From the IMG/VR virus record IMGVR_UViG_3300034109_000654, positions 1 to 56,557 of that record: DNA of 56,557 bases. One strand, written 5' to 3'. The position numbers and the translations under genes are program-made. This document shows, piece after piece, positions 29,488 to 38,511 of this stretch; positions within the stretch are counted from its first letter, which is position 1, and every line of letters starts with the position of its first letter. The DNA is from a virus. Its lineage: Duplodnaviria > Caudoviricetes. The notes beneath the pieces were generated by a model. It made no database searches. It worked only from the letters and a program-made list of their open reading frames with translations, and had not been told where the DNA came from.

Positions 29488-30042
29488 GTGGAAGATACTT
29501 GCGAACGCAACGATCCACCGAGCAGGTGGGAGCCGGACCTACAGCTGATTCCCGCGGTCATGGCGGGCGGTGGCCGCAAGATGGCGCAGCTGTCCTCCTC
29601 TGATCGCTGCTGGGTGGTGGCGGGGCTGACGGTCCTGGGCCTGACCGCCGGGGACATCGCCGACCGGCTCGACTGTTCACTGCGTCTGGTCCGCTCGATA
29701 CGCTCTGACGACATGACCGCTGTCTGTGTTTATGCGCTCACCGAGTCCACGAACTTCGCCAGCGAGATGCGCCTGGCTCAGAGTCACCTGCGTTCGCAGA
29801 GCAGCAGGATCACCGAGCTGTCCGGGGAGTTGGAGCGCACCCGGTCGAAGTTGAGCCGGATGATCGACACTCACGTCGGTGTAAGGAATTGCCCGAAGTG
29901 CGGAACCAGAATGGACCGCTGGAACGAGTACGTCTGCAACGGCAAGAGCTATTGCCGGGCCTGTCATCGGGAGCGGCAGAAGATGTATCGCAATCGTCAG
30001 CGTGAAGTCGCAGGTCTGCCGTTTGCCCTTGCTCGGGGCTGA
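29488..30042 (+). CDS. Protein with HTH, coiled coil and C-terminal Zn ribbon
   Basis: GLTAGDIADRLDCSLRLVRSI; CPKC...CRAC. Confidence 0.7.
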   Translation: MEDTCERNDPPSRWEPDLQLIPAVMAGGGRKMAQLSSSDRCWVVAGLTVLGLTAGDIADRLDCSLRLVRSIRSDDMTAVCVYALTESTNFASEMRLAQSHLRSQSSRITELSGELERTRSKLSRMIDTHVGVRNCPKCGTRMDRWNEYVCNGKSYCRACHRERQKMYRNRQREVAGLPFALARG

Positions 30043-30186
30043 CAACAGTGACTACTTGAGTAGTCACACCCCGGACAGGAGAAAGCGAAGGGGCGCAGCT
30101 CCTGCCTCACCGTGTAGGAGCGGGTCTTGGGCAGGGCTTGGCGGTGCATTTTCGGAAAACCGCTTTGACGCCCCTTCGCTGGAAAA

Positions 30187-32315
30187 TCAGTAGTCGACCC
30201 ATTCCGATCTGCTCGAGGTGTGGAAGTACCCACACTCGCAGCGGTAGATCCGGCACGGCTTGCGGGTGCGCCCGTCATGGCTCATGTAGCGCAGCACCTT
30301 GATGGCGTGTTCCTCGTCCTCGAAGCACAGCTTGGTCGGAGTCGGGCATCCCTCGCGCGGAAGGCAGCGGTGGTGGTGTGTCCGGCTACCCCTCTGAATA
30401 TCGTCACTGTGACGCTTCGACCTGCGCTTACTCATGAGGCACGCACCGACAGCAGAGCACGGGCGGTGGTGATCTTCACTCGACGGGGAGGGGTGTCTCC
30501 CATCAGCGCGTAGACCGTCGGGTTGGACAGGTCGGCGGTGCGAGCGATCGAGGCCAGCGAGGCTCCTGACTCCACCAGGGCGGCGACGTGTCGGCGCACC
30601 TCGGTGGAGTCGACGAGGTCGGGGACGTAGTCGGGGTTCCGACGCCACTTCATGTAGCAGGGCCAGCACATGCCCGCGCAGTGCCGCGGATGGTCCTGCC
30701 GGCCGCAGTTGGTGCACGCGGTCATGTCTGTTCCTCCTCTTCTTCCTCGTCGCCGAACATCTCCTTGCCGGAGGTCATCATGTCCATGATGAGGTCGATG
30801 TCCTCGGCCACTATCTCGGCCTCGCCGCCCACCTGGATCAGCTCGCCCTTGGCGAGGTCGATCATGTAGTCCGCCTTGGCCTTGGTGCCGTCCTGCAGGG
30901 TCTTGGTGATGGTTCCGTGTATGAACACGCGGGTCTCCTGTCTTGTGAATAAAGCCTGTCTTGATAGGTATTTTACTGGTCAGGGCGGATTCCGAGAAAG
31001 TCCCTCGCCGCCTTTCTCTGCGACCTGAGCTCGGTGAGCTCCTGGGCCATATCGGTGGTGGTGTCGGTAACGCTCTCGAGCGTTACTCGCAGCGCCTCGA
31101 GCCAGCTGCCCACCTCGTTGAGGAAGTCGACGATGTCCTGCTCGGGGTCGATGACAGGCCGCACCGCCGACACGCTGCCTCCGTAGGGCATGTTGAACAG
31201 GGCGATGTTGACCCTGATCCGGGCGTCGTGTTCGTCGGCGTTCATCAGTCCTCCTTACGGGGGAAGCGGATGGTGCCCCAGGACGTGGGGACGTACCCGC
31301 CGTGGATCAGCCACTCGTCCAGGGCGCTGAACAGCTCGCAGAAGCGGTTGGCCTCGTAGAGGCTGCGCTCGGTCTCCCAGGCACTGACCGCCAGCCGGAG
31401 CTCCTGCAGCGTGATGTCGGGGTCCACTAGATCGCCTTCTTTCGGTACGGCCCCTCGTCGGGGGTGTTGGTGGTCCGGCCGTGCCAGGGCTCGACCGGTT
31501 CGGGATTCTTGGCCTCGATCTCGCGGGCCAGCCGGCGCACGGTGGCGCCGATCTCCGCGAGGTTGTCGGCCAGGACGCGCAGCTCTCTGGCGATGCTCAC
31601 GGCTGCTGGCCTCGGCTGATCTTGTCGAGCACCGCCTGGCGGGCCTGGTCTGCCAGCTTCTTGGCGGTCTCGGCGGCCTGGTGGGCGGCGACCACGTCCT
31701 CGGAGTTCTCCCAGGCGACGTAGATGGAGCTGCTGATCTCCTCGGCGAGCTTGTTCGGGATGAGGAAATACTTGCCGTATTCCCGCAGCACCACGTTGCC
31801 GCGCGAGTCGACGGTCACGTCGATGGTCAGCGTCGGGTGCTTGGGGTCTTTGATGAAGCTGCCGATCAGCACCTCGTCGCGGCTCATGCGTCCACCACCT
31901 TGACGAGGTAGGGGTAGTTCAGCGGCCAGTCGTCGCGGACCTCGAAGCGTCCGATCACGGTACGCAGCACCGAGCCGACCGAGACGGGGATGCGGTAGAC
32001 GAAGTCGCGGGCGTAGTAGTGCGAGGCGATCACCGCCGCCTCGGGGCTGAAGCTGCCCTGCATGTCCTCCGGGCCGCGCTCGCCGTGCCAGCGGTGGGCG
32101 AGCTCGGGGCTCTCGAACAGGCTCACGTTGTAGGCGGTGTAGGCCCCGCAGTGCCGGAAGTCTCCGGTCAGCCGGACGGGCCACGGCATGACCCAGCGCA
32201 CGGTGCCCGGCGGCATTCCGTAGTTGTCCTTGGCCTGCTCCAACGGCAGCGTGATGGTGGTCGTTCTCGGTGGTGCGGTCACGGGTGTCCTCCCTGTGAG
32301 TAGTTGAATATGCAA
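30187..32315 (-). CDS. Leftward cluster of small ORFs (30187-30435, 30432-30725 Zn+HTH, 30722-30928, 30973-31245, 31245-31427, 31597-31887, 31884-about 32283)
   Basis: Coupled overlaps and RBSs; AT-rich promoter region at about 32300-32350. Confidence 0.65.
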
Positions 32316-32422
32316 CTATCAATTTACCTATAAAAGTATGTATTGTCAATTATCACGGCGTGGCAGTTCCGCTCATTCGCCCTGTTCAGAGCGTTGCAGG
32401 GGGTGTGTTTATGGTGGGGCGC

Positions 32423-33121
32423 ATGGCCTCACAGCAGCTACCTGCGCCCAACACCATGACCAGTGTTCAGCCGATGGGCCTGTCGACGTATCACCGCAAC
32501 GCCCGGCGCGGCAACGTCGATGCGATCGTCGGAAGCCTCAAAGCGAATGGGCAGTACAAGCCCATCGTGGTCAACATCGGCACGCACACCGGACGGCCCA
32601 ACGAGGTCCTCGCCGGAAACCACACCCTGATGGCGTTCCGCAATCTGGCCGAGATGTATCCCACCGACGAACGATGGAACGAGATTCAGGTCTACTGGGT
32701 CGATGTCGACGACGACCGCGCCACCCGCATCGTGCTGGCCGACAACCGCACCGCCGAGGACTCGACCTACGACGATGTGATGCTCTACGACCTCATCAAG
32801 AGCCTGGGCGATGACCTGGACGGCTCCGGGTTCACCGACACCGACGTGGACAAGCTCAGCTACCTGGACAAGATGTTCAGCCCCGACGACGGCGACGACG
32901 GCCCCGACGGCTACGACACCACCGACAACGAGACCGTGGTGATCGACGTCGGCAAGGTCCCCCCGGTCTGCGCCGAGGTCGGCGTGGTGGTGGGACGGAT
33001 CAGGTTCAAGATGGCGCGGGACCTGTATGTGTCGTGGTACGACGAGCTCCGCGAGCAGGTCGGGTACGACGACGAGGCGCTGTCCAGCGCCGTCCAGCAG
33101 CGGCTCGGAATGATCCAGTGA
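32423..33121 (+). CDS. ParB/Srx N-terminal domain protein
   Basis: YHRNARRGNVDAIVGSLKANGQYKPIVV...VLAGNHTLMA...IVLADNRT; acidic C-terminal linker. Confidence 0.9.
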   Translation: MASQQLPAPNTMTSVQPMGLSTYHRNARRGNVDAIVGSLKANGQYKPIVVNIGTHTGRPNEVLAGNHTLMAFRNLAEMYPTDERWNEIQVYWVDVDDDRATRIVLADNRTAEDSTYDDVMLYDLIKSLGDDLDGSGFTDTDVDKLSYLDKMFSPDDGDDGPDGYDTTDNETVVIDVGKVPPVCAEVGVVVGRIRFKMARDLYVSWYDELREQVGYDDEALSSAVQQRLGMIQ

Positions 33122-34650
33122 TCCTCAAGGTCGTGTCCACCGAGGACATTCGCCCCTCCACCTACAACCCCCGCCAGGCCGACCCCGAACGCCTCGAGCT
33201 GGTCAAGCTGTCGCTGTCCAAGCTGGGCTGGCTGCTGCCGATCTACGCCGACGCGGGCGGGGAGATCCTGTCCGGCCACCAGCGCCACTACGTCGCCACC
33301 GAGATGATGGGCATGACCGAGGTGCCCGTCGCCTACACCAAGGCCATGACCCTGCCGCAGCGCAAGGCCATCAACATCGCGTTCAACCGTGGCACCAACG
33401 ACATGGAGTCCCACACGCTGACCGGCACCCTGGCCGAGGCGATCAAGAGCTCTGGCGTGGTGGAGATGGCGGCGGCGCTGCCCGACGCCACCGGGACCAT
33501 GCCCATCCTCGACGCCCGCCAGGAGCCCATCGGCCCGATCCTCAAGGCCAACAAGGGCCGGTGGAGCCGTCACGCCAAGAACGTCAGCCGGATGCTGATT
33601 CACCGGGGCGTGGAGATGCCGGTGATCGTCGACGAGGACAACCGGGTCATCAACGGCATCGGCCGGCTCGAGCAGTACGCGATCCTGAAATACACCACCA
33701 TCGACGTGCTCCGGCTGCCCAACAACGTCGCCAAGGTCGCCGAGGTGATGCTCAATCTGCTCACGATGGACTTCGACCTGCACCGCCGCTATTCCGACGA
33801 ACTGCGCTACAACAGCTTCCGGCGGGCCTACACCACCCGCAAGCAGCTCGGTGTCGGCATGACCTTCGCCGCGGTCAACTCCAACCGGCGCATGGAGTTC
33901 GACATCCTCAACCCGACGCACGCCAGTGGCTGGAAGAAGGTCTACGGGGACCGGATTCTGGACTTCGGCGCCGGGCATCTGTGGGAGACCGAGATGCTCC
34001 GCAAGGCCGGATGCACCGTCAGCCCGTTCGAGCCCTACCACGTCGGCCAGGGCGGTCAGATCGACAAGCAGAAGTCCCTGGCGCTGACCGATGCGTTCCT
34101 GCGCGACGTGGCCGGCGGGGTGGACTGGGACTCGATCTTCCTGTCCTCGGTGCTCAACTCGGTGCCGTTCGAGGCCGACCGGTTCCACATCGTGCAGCTG
34201 CTCAACGCGCTGGCCCAGCCGACCGAGACCCATCCTGAGGGCGCGGCGGTGTACGCGGTGGCGCTCTCGACGGCCAACGACTCCTGGCGGGACAACACCG
34301 CTCAGAAAACCGGGCTGAACAAGACCCACTACGACCGGCCCAGCTTCCGGCTGGACCACGAGCCAGGCGTGAGCCTGGCCGACTTTCTCGAGGTCCCGAA
34401 GATTCAGAAGTACCACTCGATGCCGGAGTTCCGGGCGCTGTTCGCCAGCGGGTTCGGCAAGGCTCAGACCAACCATGTGGGAACCAACTGCCAGGGCGTG
34501 TTCCGCGACCCGCTGCCGGTGGACCCGGCCAAGCTGGCGGCGGCTATCGACTTCGAGTTCGAGCTGCCCTATCCCGACGGGACACACATGGAGCGGTCAC
34601 GTCAGGCCAGGGCGGCGTTTGAGCAGCGGCTGGGAATGACGCTGCCCTAG
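33118..34650 (+). CDS. Fusion of two ParB-like domains and a class I SAM-dependent (amino-type) methyltransferase domain
   Basis: ParB-1 IRPSTYNPRQ...LPIY...ILSGHQR; ParB-2 EMPVIVDEDNRVINGIGRL; MTase motif I ILDFGAG, FEPY, motif-IV-like IFLSSVLNSVP; no PC motif; GTGA-coupled to the upstream ParB gene. Confidence 0.8.
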   Translation: MILKVVSTEDIRPSTYNPRQADPERLELVKLSLSKLGWLLPIYADAGGEILSGHQRHYVATEMMGMTEVPVAYTKAMTLPQRKAINIAFNRGTNDMESHTLTGTLAEAIKSSGVVEMAAALPDATGTMPILDARQEPIGPILKANKGRWSRHAKNVSRMLIHRGVEMPVIVDEDNRVINGIGRLEQYAILKYTTIDVLRLPNNVAKVAEVMLNLLTMDFDLHRRYSDELRYNSFRRAYTTRKQLGVGMTFAAVNSNRRMEFDILNPTHASGWKKVYGDRILDFGAGHLWETEMLRKAGCTVSPFEPYHVGQGGQIDKQKSLALTDAFLRDVAGGVDWDSIFLSSVLNSVPFEADRFHIVQLLNALAQPTETHPEGAAVYAVALSTANDSWRDNTAQKTGLNKTHYDRPSFRLDHEPGVSLADFLEVPKIQKYHSMPEFRALFASGFGKAQTNHVGTNCQGVFRDPLPVDPAKLAAAIDFEFELPYPDGTHMERSRQARAAFEQRLGMTLP

Positions 34651-35165
34651 CTGGGCAGGCTGAACGGCAGGTTGGCCTCGGCAGCGAAGCTGCGGGTGGG
34701 TTCGTAGGCGCTGAACTCCGGCAGCTTGCGCCAGTAGCTCTCGCGGGGGACAGGCTGGGAGTCGATGCCGTACTCGAGGTACATCGCCCGGGTACGCGGG
34801 TTGGATTCCAGGCCGAACCACAGTTCCTCGGCGTTGGGTTCCCCGTACTTGTCCACGATGCGGCGCAGGTTGTCATGCTTCTTGTGGTGCGGCATCCCGT
34901 CAGGGGTCTGGGAGAAGAAGGCGTCGTCGGGCTCCCAGTCCAGTTGATCCTTGATCCGCGCCAGAGTGGCCTCCATCGCCGATTCCGGCCGGGCGGTGGT
35001 GATGACCACGGTGGCCTCGTTGCGGGCCAGCAGCTTGGGAATCCAGGCCCGATAGGTCTCCTGCGGTATCCGCACGCTCAGAGGCCGTTTGTCGTTGTAG
35101 AGCACCTTGGCGAGCGTGAAGTTCAGGTCGAGTAGGGCGAACATAGGTGTGACGACTCCCATCAA
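34647..35165 (-). CDS. HAD-superfamily (PNKP-phosphatase-like) protein with altered catalytic motifs
   Basis: LLDLNFTL (motif I), ITTARPE (II), K (III), GLESNPRTRAMY (IV). Start is uncertain (possibly 35144). Confidence 0.7.
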   Translation of the reverse strand: MMGVVTPMFALLDLNFTLAKVLYNDKRPLSVRIPQETYRAWIPKLLARNEATVVITTARPESAMEATLARIKDQLDWEPDDAFFSQTPDGMPHHKKHDNLRRIVDKYGEPNAEELWFGLESNPRTRAMYLEYGIDSQPVPRESYWRKLPEFSAYEPTRSFAAEANLPFSLPS

Positions 35166-35247
35166 AAGGCATACTTGTCTAAGTATTATACCATATAACG
35201 CCAGGTCACAGCCTCATTTGCAGGGTCAATGCCTACAGTTGTCGGGT

Positions 35248-35967
35248 ATGACACAGGACATTGCGGAGAGCTTCTCACCCGGTGGCTGGAAGTTCACCGC
35301 TGAGGTCACCGACGTGTTCGACGAACATGTCTCCGCGTCGGTCCCGTATTACCCGCTGATTCAGAACATCGTCGCCGAAGCAGCCGACTGGTTGCTCCCC
35401 GATGGTGGGGTCTACGTCGATGTCGGAGCCTCCACCGGAACCACCGCGGCTGCCATCGCCAGACGCCATCCCGACCGCCATATTCGGACGTACCTCTACG
35501 ACGAGGTGCCCGAGATGCTGGACAAGGCGATGGTGAAGCTGGCCGGGTTCGACAACCTCAAGGTGGAGCGCCGGCACAAGAACGTCCTGGCCGGAATGGA
35601 TCACAGCCCGTCCGATCTGGTGACCGCGCTGTTCACCTTGCAGTTCATCGCCCCGGAGAACAGGCCCAAGGTTCTCAACGAGCTGCGCCGCCGAGCCAAG
35701 CCCACCGGAGCGATCATCGTGGCCGAGAAGATCAGGCCGATTCACCCGATGTGGGCTGAGATCGCCATTGACGCCTCACACGACTTCAAGGCCGACCACG
35801 GCCTGTCCGACACCGCGATCCGGCAGAAGGCCAAGGCACTGCGCGGGGTTCTGCGGCCCTCCACCGAAGCGGCCCTGCGGTTCAGCCTTGAGGAGGCTGG
35901 GTGGTGCAATCCGGAGATTCTGTTCCGGTGGCATCAGTGGGTGGTGGTCGGAGCACTGGCCTCGTAG
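35248..35967 (+). CDS. CmoA-like (carboxy-SAM synthase family) SAM-dependent enzyme
   Basis: WKFTAEVTDVFDEHVSASVPYY, DVGASTG, LFTLQFI, GAIIVAEK, FKADHGLSDTAIRQK..L.GVL match the CmoA pattern as I recall it ([54 protein letters not shown]). Confidence 0.8.
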   Translation: MTQDIAESFSPGGWKFTAEVTDVFDEHVSASVPYYPLIQNIVAEAADWLLPDGGVYVDVGASTGTTAAAIARRHPDRHIRTYLYDEVPEMLDKAMVKLAGFDNLKVERRHKNVLAGMDHSPSDLVTALFTLQFIAPENRPKVLNELRRRAKPTGAIIVAEKIRPIHPMWAEIAIDASHDFKADHGLSDTAIRQKAKALRGVLRPSTEAALRFSLEEAGWCNPEILFRWHQWVVVGALAS

Positions 35968-37072
35968 CCTCTGCACCCGCAGTACATGTAGCAGGTGGTT
36001 CCGTAGGAGTGCAGCCCGAAGGGGTGGCCGCACTCGCACGGCGGCAGTTTGCCGACCTCCCAGCGGTCCACCATCTCCTCGGGAGTCAGGTGCCCTGTCC
36101 TGCCCTGGCGGCTGTGGCCGCGTGTGCCCTTGCCGTCCTCGCGGGGCGGCAGCTGTGACCACGTCGGGTCGTGCTTGACCGGGCAGCCGCACCACCCGCC
36201 GTCGTGGTTGATGAAGATGCTGTAGCTGGCGTCCACGAAACCGCAGCGCAGACACACGTCGGCCCCACCCGGGCGGTCGGGCAGACCCAGGCTCTCAACG
36301 AACTCAGCTTTCATGCGGTTCCACTCGCGCTGCTGGCGCTTCCAGCGTTCGTCCTGGGTCTCCCACAGCCCGAGCTGTTCGGGTTCAGTCATAGTAGTGC
36401 TCGCAGCTTTCGCTGTGCACCATGTGCAACCCGTGCTCGTCCTCCCAGACGTGGTTCCATGCCTCGCAGGTGCAGGTCATCGTCTGTTCCACCAATCCAT
36501 GAACGCGGCACCGACAAACCCGCCGATACCTGCCGACAGGTACGGCATCCACCAAGAGCAGTCACTCATCGCGGCCACCTCCCCGATAGGTCATGGCGTA
36601 GCTGACGATCCCCTGGGCGTCCCTGTTCAACTTCTGCATAGCCTCGTAGGCCGTTTCTTTATGCAGAGGATCGTGGAAGTCAATACCCACTAGTTCCGAC
36701 TGTGCGTAACCCTGAATCGCCCCCAGTAAGGCCGCCCCGATGTCCGCGATCACCGCGTCGGCCACGTCATAAGGCGAGAACTCCACGCGCCCATCCCGCC
36801 GTTTGGACAGCTTCTCCACAACAGCGGCGGCGATCCGCTCACGGAGGTCACTCATTGACAATCTCCCAATCCGTCACATGGCGGCGCACACGTTGATCCG
36901 GCTTTCCGTTGATGATGCGTTTCGCCAGGTGTGTTTGCAGCCCTAGTTCTTGGATCACCGCGTCGGCCAGTAGCCAAGCGCACTCCCGGTTGATGTAGTC
37001 ACCGTCGAGGACAACCTCTTTGGAAGAAAGGATGGCGGCGATGCGGGTGCGGAGGTCACTCATCGCGGCCAC
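35934..37072 (-). CDS. Small leftward ORFs (35934-36392 Cys-rich, 36562-36861, 36848-37072, plus two micro-ORFs at about 36385-36570)
   Basis: Coupled overlaps; 36562 and 36848 share the start MSDLR(E/T)RIAA and ADAVI. Confidence 0.6.
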
Positions 37073-37530
37073 CAGTCCGGTGCCGGCCGATTGCGCCAGG
37101 TGGCGAATCGGGCCTTCTCAGCCACATAGAAACGGCGGTAGGCCGTCACCGGGTCGGGGTGGTGGTACTGCTCGGGCATGGCCTGGGGGACGTCGGTGAA
37201 GCCCCGTGATGACAGGAACGGTGGCGGGCAGGCCAGTGCGGGCAGCAATCGGGCTGAACCGTGGGTTTTGCCGTAGCGGTGCTTGTACTCGGCGCACAGG
37301 GCAGCGAACAGCCGCCATGCCCAACGATAGTTGGACACTGACTCTCCGGCCCACACGGTGCAGGGGTGGTTCTTGTGGGTGGCCCGGTAGAGCACGTCGC
37401 CGTCGTAGCCGTGCTGGCGGTGCACGGTGGAGAGCATCTGCGCTTCCTCGATGACCATTTTCAGGACGTGCTTGTCGCAGTGCATCTGCGCGGCAACGAG
37501 GGGGTCGGGATGCAGGATGAAGCGGTTCAC
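37060..37530 (-). CDS. Pyrimidine-dimer DNA glycosylase (DenV/endonuclease V-like) family protein
   Basis: NRFILHPDPLVAAQMHCDKHVLKMVIEEAQMLST, YRATHKNHPC, EYKHRYGKTH, PQAMP, AYRRFY. Confidence 0.75.
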   Translation of the reverse strand: MNRFILHPDPLVAAQMHCDKHVLKMVIEEAQMLSTVHRQHGYDGDVLYRATHKNHPCTVWAGESVSNYRWAWRLFAALCAEYKHRYGKTHGSARLLPALACPPPFLSSRGFTDVPQAMPEQYHHPDPVTAYRRFYVAEKARFATWRNRPAPDWWPR

Positions 37531-38420
37531 GCGCTCTGCTCCCTGAGCCAGCGGGAGGCGACTTTGATGCTCTTGCCACGTCGGCGTACCACGGTGCGTT
37601 GGGAGACGTTCAGCAGCTCGGCGATCTGGGCCGCGGATAGCTCCTCGGCGGTCAGCAGGTCCACGGCTTCGCTCAGGTCGCGGAAGGCCACGTCGATCCG
37701 GCTGAATATCTCGCGGTGGTTGAAGCCCAGATCGCGCATCTCCTCGTAGCGTTCCAGGAAGCTGACCGGCGCATCGTCGGTGTCGGGTGCGGCCTCTGGT
37801 TTGTCGATGTCGTCGTCCCAGGCCATCGGCGGCTTCCACCCGTTCTTGCGGCCCTCGTTGATCGAGCGTGAGTAGGTGCCGGGAGTGGCTTCCAGTTCGG
37901 TGTAGAGCTCGGCGATCTTGCGGGCGGTGCTGGCCAGCATCTTCGGTTCCCTGACGATGCGGCTCAGCGTGTTGGGTGTGATTCCGATTCTTCGGGCGAT
38001 CTCACGGCGCGAGTAGCCGTAAGCGACCAGGGACTGGATGCGTCGGACGCTGCCCAGCGAGTCGACCAGCTGCTTTCCGGCTATGGCGGGGTCATGGGGG
38101 ATGTCGGGAATCCGCACCGCCAGAATCGCCTCGGCGGTACTCTGATGTACGCGCTTGGTGGGTGCGCCGCCCCGCTCGGATCTGCCGTTGGTGATGATTC
38201 TGACGGTGTTACGTTGCAGTCCCGCCAGCTGGGCCAGCCGCCGCTGACCAATGCCTGCCGCCTGTAGTGCGCGAACATGTTGTCGCACGGGCTCGGCATC
38301 GACGTAACTGCACTCATAGCCGTAGCGCCTACGGCGATCGTTGTCGCAACTACGGCAGTAGCCGCGCCGCAGCGGGTAGTAGTCGCGGTGGCATTTCTCG
38401 CACGGTTTGGGGGTCGGCAC
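37527..38420 (-). CDS. Multi-HTH DNA-binding protein with N-terminal Zn ribbon
   Basis: CEKC...CRSC; YVDAEPVRQHVRALQAAGIGQRRLAQLAG; two further HTH segments; GAAAGGAG RBS. Confidence 0.75.
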   Translation of the reverse strand: MPTPKPCEKCHRDYYPLRRGYCRSCDNDRRRRYGYECSYVDAEPVRQHVRALQAAGIGQRRLAQLAGLQRNTVRIITNGRSERGGAPTKRVHQSTAEAILAVRIPDIPHDPAIAGKQLVDSLGSVRRIQSLVAYGYSRREIARRIGITPNTLSRIVREPKMLASTARKIAELYTELEATPGTYSRSINEGRKNGWKPPMAWDDDIDKPEAAPDTDDAPVSFLERYEEMRDLGFNHREIFSRIDVAFRDLSEAVDLLTAEELSAAQIAELLNVSQRTVVRRRGKSIKVASRWLREQSA

Positions 38421-38511
38421 AGTGGCTCCTTTCCGGGTGTCGTCCCAGGTAATAACACTTTCTGTAATAGGTATTTTACCAGAATGCCGGTAGCACACCT
38501 AACCTTTGCGT

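Noticed and set aside
32911-34587. 558-aa minus strand ORF (likewise 38476-39882, 41475-42842, 48883-50052)
   Set aside because: Antisense shadows of well-supported genes.
33118-34650. C5-cytosine methyltransferase or parABS partition system
   Set aside because: No PC catalytic motif, no ParA ATPase, and the ParB domains lack the HTH of partitioning ParB.
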